Source: Diploschistes diacapsis (taxonomy: Eukaryota). From it: a DNA stretch of 32,743 nucleotides. Shown piece by piece: positions 22,101 through 32,743 of the stretch. The notes beneath the pieces are model-generated. The model was not told the origin of the DNA. It searched no databases and was given only the letters and a program-made list of their open reading frames with translations. Position 1 is the stretch's first letter, and each line of letters starts with the position of its first letter. Both the position numbers and the translations under genes were made by a program. Location: contig JALAIB010000097.1 of the NCBI GenBank assembly GCA_023645945.1, positions 1-32,743 on the forward strand, read 5' to 3'.

Positions 22101-25100
22101 AAGGATTGGATCCAGAAATTCCAAGACCCAAACGCTCCGGAACTAGAGCTAGAGCTCGGTCATGGCCAACACGACGATGAACAAACATTCACACCTCGCT
22201 TCTATAATGCTGTCCATGAAATATCAATGCGAAATCAAGTGATATACCTTGATCCGCCTTCCGAATTTGCCCGCGCCGAATGGCTTTCCAATTGTCAGGA
22301 CTGGATGGGTAGAGTATGCCGGCTTCCAACAGTTAAAGCGTCACGTTATGAGATGCAGCTTGGTCAGGAAAGCGCTTTAAGTGTTACATCCTTTGCCCAT
22401 CTACCCGGTCGCTGTGTGCAAGACCTAAGCTCCGTCCACGAAGCAGTTGAGGCTCGTGTCACTACCATTGACGATTACGTCGGCAAGTGGCTTCAATTCC
22501 AATCCCTTTGGGATCTGCAGTCTGATCATGTCGTGGATATGCTAGGAGAGGACCTTAGCGCATGGTTAGACCTGCTTCAAGAAATTCGAAAGGCTCGGAC
22601 TACTTTTGATACTTCAGAGTCGAGTAAAGTATTTGGCAACATGATAGTGGACTACGGCCAAGTCCAAGCCAAAGTAAATGCGAAGTATGATCAATGGCAA
22701 CATGAGATTTTGGTCAAGTTTGGCAATAGACTCAATCAACGCATGCGTGAAGTTTTCGCCGACCTTGAGAAGTCGCGAAAAGACCTTGAGAGCCAATCCC
22801 TTGAAGCCTCGTCTACCGCTCAAGCCGTCTCATTGATAACCGTTGTCCAGTTGTGCAAGAAAAAGGTTCTCGCTTGGGAACCCGAGATAGACACATTCAA
22901 AAAAGGAGAGACTACTCTCATCCGCCAACGGTACCAATTCCCCTCTGACTGGCTGTATGGAGACCAGATAGATCATGAATGGGAAATTTTGAACGAAATA
23001 CTTGGGCGGAAACTTAAGGTCGTCGACGAACAAAGCGACGCTTTGCGGGCCAAGATTCTTGCTGAAGATAAGATCGTCAGTGAGAAGATAAGCGATGTGT
23101 TAACACAATGGAACCAAGACAAGCCTGTATCAGGAAATACTTCGCCTGAAGATGCCACAGCTACGCTAAGCGCCTTCCAAAGTCGCCTTACCAACCTAAA
23201 GTCCGAAGCGGACATGGTTTCCAAAGCGAAAGCGGCTCTAGATCTCCCCCACAAGGCCAATAGCACATTGGATACTATTCTAGAAGAACTCAGTGATTTC
23301 TCGCTCGTCTGGGCTTCGTTATCGACTATCTGGAAGAGCCTCAATGAGCTCAGAGAAACACTTTGGTCCAATGTTCAATCTCGAAAGCTGAGGCAATCTA
23401 TCGATAGCCTCATTAAAATGACCAAGGAGATGCCAAGCAGGATGCGTCAGTATGCGGCTTTTGAGCATGTACAGAACATCTTGCGCCAGCTTCTCAAAGC
23501 GAATCCCATCCTCTCGGATCTGAAGTCTGAGGCGATGCGAGAGCGACACTGGAACAAACTATATAAGACTTTATGTTCGGGGAAGCGGTATTCCCAGCTG
23601 TCTATGACATTGGGCGATGTTTGGGATCTCCAACCTAATTCAACGGAGCCCACTATCAGAGACATACTTTCTCAAGCGCAGGGCGAAATGGCGCTCGAAG
23701 AATTCTTACGGCAAGTCAAGGAAACCTGGCAGAGTTATGCTTTGGATCTCGTCAATTATCAAAACAAGTGCCGCTTGATTCGAGGTTGGGATGATTTGTT
23801 CGCTAAATGTAGCGAGCATCTCAACTCGCTGCAGGCCATGAGACATTCGCCCTATTACAAGGAGTTTGAAGAGGATGCGTCGTCTTGGGAAGACAAGTTG
23901 AACAGAGTACACGTTCTTTTCGACGTCTGGATAGATGTTCAGCGTCAATGGGTCTACCTTGAGGGTGTATTCACGGGCAACGCCGACATCAAGCACCTGT
24001 TACCAATGGAATCATCCCGTTTTCAGAACATAAATACTGAATTCTTCGCCATCTTGAAGAAGGTGAACAAGTCGCCCTACGTTCACGATGTGTTGAATAT
24101 CCCAGGGGTGCAGAAGAATCTAGAGCGCCTTGCGGACCTGCTTAACAAGATTCAAAAAGCGCTTGGAGAGTATTTGGAAAGAGAGCGCATGTCGTTCCCA
24201 CGGTTTTACTTTGTAGGCGACGAAGACTTGCTGGAAATGATCGGTAATAGTAATGACACCTTGCGTATTGCGAAGCACTTTCGTAAAATGTTTGCTGGCA
24301 TATCAGGACTGCTCATGAACGAGGACGAACCAATTATTACTGGCTTTACCTCAAAAGAGGGAGAACAAGTCCAGCTCAAAAGGCCCATCTCGCTCGTCAG
24401 GATTCCTAAGATCAATGACTGGCTCGCAGCGCTAGAGACTAACATGAAGTCTACCTTAGCAGATCTGCTTGTCGAGGCCATAAAGCAGTATCAGGATATT
24501 TTTGCTGCCCCAATAGTGGACGAATCGATGTTCAGTCGCTACATGGAAGCCTTCCCAGCCCAAATAATTGTGCTTGCTACGCAAGTTGTGTGGACATCGT
24601 CTGTAGAAGCTGCTCTTGGAAATGGCGGCAAGGACCTGAAGCAGTTATATGATACAGAAGTTAGGCTTCTAGAGACCTTGGCAGCGACCGTCTTGGGGGA
24701 TCTACATTTACTCATGAGGAAAAAATGTGAACACCTCATCACTGCATGCGTGCATCAACGCGATGTAATAGGTAGGTTGATGGAACGATCAGCTTCCTCC
24801 ATAACCCACTATATGTGGCTTATACAGATGCGTTACGTTTATTCTGATGAAGGGGACACAATGACAAGACTCCGTATTAAGATGGCAAATGCAGACCTTG
24901 CATATGGTTTCGAGTATTTAGGAGTACCGGATCGCCTCGTACGAACACCTTTGACTGACAGGTGCTTCTTGACATTAACCCAGGCGATGTCCCAAAGACT
25001 TGGTGGATCACCTTATGGCCCAGCAGGAACCGGCAAGACTGAGTCTGTCAAGGCGCTAGGCGTCGAGCTAGGTAGATTCACCTTGGTTTTCTGCTGTGAT

Positions 25101-28100
25101 GATACCTTTGATTTCCAAGCCATGGGACGAATCTTCATTGGAATATGCCAAGTCGGCGCTTGGGGATGCTTTGACGAATTCAACCGTCTTGAAGAACGAA
25201 TCTTATCTGCTGTGTCTCAGCAGGTACAGAACATTCAACTTGGACTAAAGAGGGGAGTGGATGATCCGTACTCGCAAACAGAACTTGTTGGCAGACATTT
25301 TAAAGTAAACCCCGAGACTGGCATTTTCATCACTATGAATCCGGGCTATGCAGGCCGCTCAAACCTACCCGACAATCTGAAAAAACTATTCCGCAGCATA
25401 GCAATGTCTAAGCCTGACAAAGAACTCATAGCTGAGGTCATGCTCTACTCTCAAGGTTTCAAGCAAGCCAAACCACTTTCTAAGCGTACGGTCCCATTCT
25501 TCGAGCAATGCTCTCTGCGGTTGACTAACCAAGCGCACTATGACTTCGGGCTGCGAGCTTTAAAGAGCGTCTTGATTAGCTCGGGTGGTTTGAAAAGAGC
25601 AAGACCCGTATCGGGGACCGACGATGTTCAAGACGAAAGCCTCGAATCACAGATCATCGTTCAGAGCATCCGGGAGACAATCGCACCAAAGCTCATTCGC
25701 AAGGATGTTGAGACTCTGAAGCAGATCCAGTCGGAGTGGTTTCCCAATATCCAATACATCCCGGCTGACCTCGACAGATTGAAGTCTGCGATTGAGAAAG
25801 AAGCCACAGAAAGGCGCCTTGTTCTCAGCGATACATGGCTAACGAAGATAGTTCAGCTATACCAAATCCAGACTATCCATCATGGAGTCATGATGGTTGG
25901 TGATTCAGGCTCTGGCAAGTCTGTCGTTTGGAAGGTTCTCCTCCGTGCCATGCAGCAAGTTGAAGGTGTTGAAGGTGTCTGTCATGTGATCGACTCCAAG
26001 GTCATGTCCAAGGAAGCTTTATATGGTAATCTGGATAGCACCACGAGAGAGTGGACGGACGGTCTGTTCACTAGCATTCTGAGGAAGATCGTGGACAACC
26101 TTCGTGGTGAAGACTCCAAGAGACACTGGATCGTATTTGATGGCGATGTCGATCCTGAATGGGTTGAGAACCTGAACAGCGTTCTGGACGACAACAAGCT
26201 ACTCACTCTTCCAAACGGGGAACGCTTGAGTCTGCCTCCAAATGTTCGTATCATGTTCGAGGTTGAGACTTTGAAATATGCAACACTTGCGACAGTGAGT
26301 CGATGTGGTATGGTTTGGTTCAACGATGACACTGTATCAACCAGTATGATGGTATCAAATTATCTAGCGACTCTTGGAACCAACGCTTTCGAGGAACTCG
26401 ATGAGGACACTGCAGCACCAGGTCAAGCAGCAGCACAAGCTCTAGCTATACAGAAGCAGGTGTCTACTTTCCTAGAGCAGCTCCTGAGCTCAAGTGGGCT
26501 TCTTGACAAATGTGTAGAAGAAGCTCAGAACTACAATCACATAATGGAGTTCACCACGATCCGGGCATTAAATACATTGTTCTCTCTAATCAACAAAGCC
26601 TGTCGGACCATGATTGACTACAACCTCCAGCATGAAGATTTTCCATTGGATGCCGAGCAGGTAGAGGCTTTTATATCCAAGAAACTTCTTCTTGCGCTTG
26701 TCTGGTCATTGACTGGGGATTGCCCACTTTTGCAGCGAAAGAGCTTCGGTGATTTCCTTTCCAGACTTGTTACATTTGGCGTTCCTTTGTTAACCAGCAC
26801 CTCGTCCTTAATCGACTATGATGTCTCCTTGCCAAAGGGAGAGTGGACGGAATGGCAATCTCAAGTCCCGAGTATCGAGGTCAATACTCACTCAATAACT
26901 CAAACCGACGTGGTCATTCCTACCCTGGATACCATCAGGCATGAAGATGTGCTATATTCCTGGTTAGCAGAGCATAAGCCGCTTATTCTTTGTGGACCAC
27001 CGGGCTCTGGCAAAACCATGACTCTATTCAGTGCTCTAAGAAAGCTACCTAATATGGAAGTTGTAGGCCTCAACTTCTCAAGCGCCACAACTCCCGATTT
27101 GATTGTCAAGACTTTTGATCAGTATTGCGAATACCGCAAAACTCTCAACGGCGTCATAATGTCTCCGACGCAAATGGGTAGATGGCTGGTCATTTTCTGT
27201 GATGAGATAAACCTTCCCTCGCCGGATAAGTATGGAACGCAAAGAGCCATAACGTTTCTTCGACAGCTGGTTGAGCAGAAAGGCTTCTGGAGGACATCTG
27301 ACAAGACTTGGGTCAGCCTTGAACGCATCCAGTTCGTTGGCGCTTGCAACCCCCCGACAGACGCTGGACGAACCCCATTGGGCAAGAGATTTCTACGACA
27401 TGCACCTTTGATCATGGTGGATTATCCAGGCGAGCTCTCTTTACAGCAGATCTATGGCACGTTCAATGACGCTGTACTTAAGATCATATCCACATTACGC
27501 GGTCATGCCAGTGCACTCACAAAAGCCATGGTCCAGTTCTATCTTGAATCTCAAACTCGCTTCACACCAAAGATTCAACCCCATTATGTGTACTCCCCTC
27601 GCGAGCTTACACGATGGGTACGGGGCGTATATGAAGCGCTGAAGCCTCTAGAGAATCTCTCATTGGAGGGCCTTGTTAGAATTTGGGCCCACGAAGCCCT
27701 GCGACTTTTCCAGGATCGATTAGTTGCCGAGGAAGAACGCAAATGGACTGAAGAAGCAACACATCGCATTGCACTCGAACACTTTCCAACCATTGACGAA
27801 CATGCCGCCCTCCATGGGCCTATTCTATTCTCGAACTGGCTATCGAAGAACTATGTGCCGGTTGAGCGAGAGCAGCTGAGGGAATTTGTAAAGGCTCGGT
27901 TGAAGACGTTCTGCGAGGAAGAAGTCGATGTCCCGCTGATCCTTTTCAATGATGTACTTGAGCATGTCCTCCGCATTGACAGGGTCTTCCGGCAGCCTCA
28001 AGGTCATTTGATATTGATTGGTGTTAGTGGTAGCGGAAAGACCACTCTATCAAGGTTTGTCGCGTGGATGAATGGCCTCAAGACTTTTCAGATCAAAGTT

Positions 28101-31100
28101 CACAGCAGGTACTCCTCAGAGGACTTTGACGAAGATTTACGTGAAGTTTTGCGGCGGACTGGATGCAAGGGAGAGAAGATTTGCTTTATCATGGATGAAT
28201 CCAATGTTCTTGACTCCGGCTTTTTGGAACGTATGAACACATTGCTGGCCAATGCTGAAGTCCCTGGTCTCTTTGAAGGAGACGAATTCGCAACACTTAT
28301 GACTGCGTGCAAGGAAGGCGCGCAGCGCCAAGGCCTGCTTCTTGACTCGCAAGAGGAGCTTTACAAATGGTTCACACAACAGATCATCAAAAACCTGCAC
28401 GTTGTCTTTACCATGAACCCACCTGAGGATGGTTTGTCTTCGAAAGCTGCGACGAGTCCGGCTCTCTTCAACCGATGCGTGCTGAACTGGTTTGGGGATT
28501 GGTCAGATCAGGCACTTTTCCAAGTGGGCTCTGAGTTGACACAATCCATCGATCTTGACAACCCCAAATATCAAAGTCCAGATAGTATTCCAATGGCTTT
28601 CAAAGAACTGTCCCTTCCTGCCTCCCACCGTGACGCAGTTGTCAATTCAATGGTTCACGTTCACCACTCAATATCACACCTCAATGCTCGCCTTCATAAG
28701 CAGCTTGGTCGCACCACTTTCCTCACGCCTCGCCACTACCTCGATTTCGTTGCACAATACGTCAAGCTCTTCAACGAGAAGCGAGAGGACCTTGAAGAGC
28801 AACAACGTCATCTCAACGTCGGTCTCGAAAAGTTAAAGGATACCGTCGACAAAGTTCGTGATCTGCGGGCGAGTTTGGCACAGAAGAAAACTCAATTGGA
28901 GAAGAAAGACACTGAAGCAAATGAGAAGCTACAGCGCATGGTTGCCAATCAACGCGAGGCGGAGCAAACAAAAGCCACGTCCCTCAAGATCGCGGCTAAC
29001 CTTGAGAAGCAAGAGGAGGAAGTGGCACGACGAAAGGAAGTTGTCAACGCAGACCTTGCTCAAGCTGAACCTGCAGTATTGGAAGCTCAAGAGAGCGTCA
29101 GTAACATCAAGAAGCAGCACCTGACCGAAGTAAGATCCATGGGCAATCCCCCTGCCAGTGTCAAACTTGCGCTTGAAGCTGTCTGCGCGTTGCTCGGCAA
29201 CAAGGCCGATTCTTGGAAAACCATACAGAGCGTCGTCAGGCGAGATGACTTCATTGCAAATATAGTTAACTACGACAATGAGCGGCAAATGACGAGACCA
29301 TTGAGAATCAAGATGGAAAACGAGTTCCTATCGAAAGAAGACTTCACATTCGAGCGAGTCAATCGTGCAAGTAAAGCCTGTGGACCTCTTGTTCAGTGGG
29401 TGCATGCACAGGTTAACTACTCTTCGATCCTTGATCGCGTTGGTCCACTACGCGAAGAAGCCGAGCAGCTCGAAGACCAAGCGTTGCAGACCAAGGCCGA
29501 AGCTCAGGCAATCGAAAAGGCTATCAAAGAGCTGGAGCAGAACATTGCAACGTACAAGGAGGAGTACGCGGCATTGATTAGCGAAACCCAAGCCATCAAG
29601 AGCGAGATGGAACGCGTTGAATACAAGGTCAACAGGAGCGTCAAGCTTCTGGACAGTCTCTCCTCAGAACGCTCACGATGGGAGGAAAGCAGTAAATCGT
29701 TTGAGACTCAGATCGGCACCATGGTAGGAGATGTACTCGTTGCATCTGCCTTCTTAGCCTACGGTGGTCTTTACGACCAGCAGTTCCGCAAGGCTATGAC
29801 AGAAGATTGGCTCGAGCAGCTGTCGCTTTCGGGTATTAGCTACAAGCAGCACAACACAGCCATGGGCTTCCTCTCCAACACGGATGAGCAGCTGCAATGG
29901 CAGAGCAATGGCTTACCAGCTGACGATCTTTGCACAGAGAACGCCATCATTCTGAAGCGATTCAACCGCTACCCTCTCATTATTGACCCCTCGGGACGTG
30001 TGACTGAGTTCCTGCAGAATGAGAACAAGGACAGAAGACTTACAGTGACAAGCTTTCTGGATGATTCATTCATCAAGCAGCTAGAAAGTTCTTTACGCTT
30101 TGGTAATCCTATCCTAATACAGGACGCAGAGCATTTGGATCCTATCCTCAACCATGTTCTCAACAAGGAATACCAAAAGACGGGAGGCCGCATCCTAATC
30201 GAGCTTGGAAGGCAAGAAATCGATTTTTCGCCAACATTCCAACTCTATCTTTCAACCAGGGATCCTTCTGCCGTCTTCCCGCCAGATGTCTGCAGCCGAA
30301 CAACCTTTGTCAACTTCACTGTCACACGAAGTAGCCTGCAAACCCAGTCACTCAACGACGTACTCAAATCTGAGCGTCCAGACGTGGATGAGAGAAGGTC
30401 GAATCTGGTCAAAATGCAAGGACAATTCATAATTCGTCTGCGAGGCCTTGAGAAACAGCTTCTTCAAGCTCTCAACGCGTCCCAGGGTAATATACTGGAT
30501 GACGATGTTGTTATCGAGTCGCTCGAAACCCTGAAGAAGCAAGCCAACGATATCTCCAAGAAGATGGCGGAGACACAAGGCGTCATGGCTGAGGTTGATT
30601 TAATCACTTCTCAGTATAGCACAATCGCACAGGCTTGCAGTTCGGTTTTCTCGATCCTGGAGCAATTATATCACCTCAACCACTTCTACCAATTCTCACT
30701 TCATTACTTTATGGACATTTTCAACTCGGTACTACACGATAATCCAAATCTTGCTAAACAGTCAAACCATACGCTACGAGGCAAAATAATTCTTCGGGAT
30801 CTTTTCATCAGCACATATCAGCGGACATGTCTAAGTCTGTTGCAGAAGGATCGAATCACGTTTGCAATGCTACTTGCCTCAGCAACACCTTACGAAATGA
30901 ACAAGGATTTACTAGATGTGATACTAGACTCGAAAGTCTCTGGTTGGGATATCTCGACGGACCCAAACTCAAAAGCAGAAGCCATGGCAAGAGCTTCGCG
31001 AACGCCAGCGCTCAAGGACTGTGTTCCGCGGCTCTCCGCTGAGGACTGGGACAAGTTCACAAAGGAAGAATATGCGGAGAAGGCTGTTCCGACGATATGG

Positions 31101-32307
31101 GAGCCAGAGACTAGACGATTGGATCAGCTGCTGCTTTCCCTGCTATTCGTCAAGTTCTTCAGGCTGGATCGACTTGTTCCAGCGGCCGAGAAATTTGTCG
31201 ATGCTATCTTCGGCAAGGACTTCCTTCAGACGTCTGGCACTCTCCAGCAAGTTACGCAGCAGGTATCATCGATGATCCCGGTAGCACTTTGCTCCAGCCC
31301 TGGTTTTGATGCCAGCTACAAGGTTGACAATCTTGTCGTACGCCAAGGTGTGGAGTGCGCCAACATCGCCATGGGCTCGAATGAGGGCCTTGCATCGGCT
31401 GACAAGGCTATTGGGAATGCTGCGGCAAACGGATCCTGGGTTCTGGTGAAGAACGTACATCTCACTCCGTCATGGCTTCAGAGCTTGGAGAAGCGTCTCG
31501 GTGCATTGAAGCCACATCGAGACTTCCGCTTGTTCATCTCAATGGAAACAAGTCCCAAGATCCCCGTCAACTTCCTTAGGGCCTCGAGAATCCTGTCCTA
31601 TGAACAGCCAGCTGGCATTAGGGCAAACATGAAGGATTCTCTTTCATCCTTGTCGACTAGGAAGACAGATGCTCCTGCCGAAAAGGCGAGGCTGTACCTC
31701 TTGCTTTCCTTCTTGCATGCCGTGATCCAGGAGAGGCTGCGCTACGCGCCTACATTGGGCTGGAAGGGCTTCTGGGAGTTCAATGACGCCGATGTAAGCA
31801 TACTGTCCTCCTTCCAAAGGGAGACCACTGACTCCTCTCTAGTATGAATGCGCAGCCTTCGTCATAGATACTTGGATCGATGCCGTTGCTCGGGGCCGGT
31901 CGAACCTAGCGCCTGCCAAAATGCCCTGGGACCTCATTCGTACCCTCATCGTGGAAACCTATGGCGGCAAAATCGATGACGAAGCGGACTTTGCTCAGTT
32001 ACGGCAGCTAGTCGAGCGCGTGCTGCATGCGGAAGCTTACGAGGAAGACTTCAAGCTCGTCAAGGGTGCAGAGACAGAAGATGGGAGCAGCCTGTCGGTG
32101 CCACAGGGTGCGGGCATGAACAATTTCATGGAGTGGGTGAACCGACTACCGGAACGCGAGCCGCCGACGTACCTGGGTTTGCCAGCGAACGCGGAGAAGT
32201 TGCTCCTTGTTGGTCACGGAAAGAGCATGGTTGGGAATGTTGCGAAAGTGAGGGACATCCTCGATGAGGGTGACCAGTTGATGGCGGAAGTAGAGGGAGC
32301 CGCTTAG
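19190..32307 (+). CDS. DYN1: Cytoplasmic dynein heavy chain (NudA/Ro-1/Dyn1 orthologue), ~4339 aa, 3 exons
   Basis: Exons 19190-19478, 19528-31793, 31843-32307 with two 49-nt GT-AG introns (13020 nt). Four P-loops [38 protein letters not shown] linker motif; coiled-coil stalk and microtubule-binding domain ([20 protein letters not shown]); short fungal-type C-terminus. Confidence 0.98.
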
Positions 32308-32743
32308 TGGACGGGCGTGTACAACGTTTTCTTTGTTCAAGGCGTTGATGTTCCCTGGGAAGGTGCTGCGCTCCGGCATTTGGGAGCCAGAGGGCACAGG
32401 AGGTCATGCTTGAACATTATATAGGCATGGCATGGCGACGGGCGTTCATGTTCTGTTTTGCGTTACATGCAGGTCGCCAGAGCGCATATACCCATTTTGT
32501 TTTTTGTGTTTGATATTGATCGTTCAGACTGGCAGTCAGTCATCCACGTTTAGGTCGCGTTTCGCTCACACGGAAGTGCATCTTGCAAAGCTAACCTCTT
32601 TTCCTTGTACGTCTGTATGTAGCGATAGAAAACCGTGGCATAGATATCTAATCAATTGAAGTTCACTGAAGTGGCATATGAGCCATGTCAGTCAGTGACT
32701 TTGCTTCGCCCTCGAAAGGGGACCTTTCTGAAACCCCCGGAAC

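Noticed and set aside
19946..31460. Many short antisense and alternate-frame ORFs
   Set aside because: Shadows of the dynein coding sequence.

Overview
Eukaryotic DNA from a filamentous ascomycete (Pezizomycotina-type genes with short 45-110 nt GT-AG introns and CTRAY branch points). Conserved genes reconstructed by hand: a WDR48/UAF1 (Bun107/Duf1-like) WD40 protein (-), a Sat4/Hal4-family kinase (-), mitochondrial ribosomal protein uL11m (-) head-to-head with SVF1 (+), and the complete cytoplasmic dynein heavy chain (+, ~4339 aa). Between WDR48 and the kinase lies an ~7 kb accessory interval. It holds (i) two tandem, highly diverged OTT_1508-like deaminase-family genes, each disabled differently: one appears to lack the deaminase domain, the other has a premature stop and degenerate catalytic motifs; (ii) an AT-rich ~0.9 kb nest of small non-autonomous elements: an outer hAT-like TIR element containing a TA-flanked pogo/Fot1-type MITE and a candidate tRNA-derived SINE with an (AAT)5 tail; (iii) an uncharacterised fungal protein with possible TPR-like and U-box-like parts. 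All family assignments come from motif recognition by eye; no searches were run.
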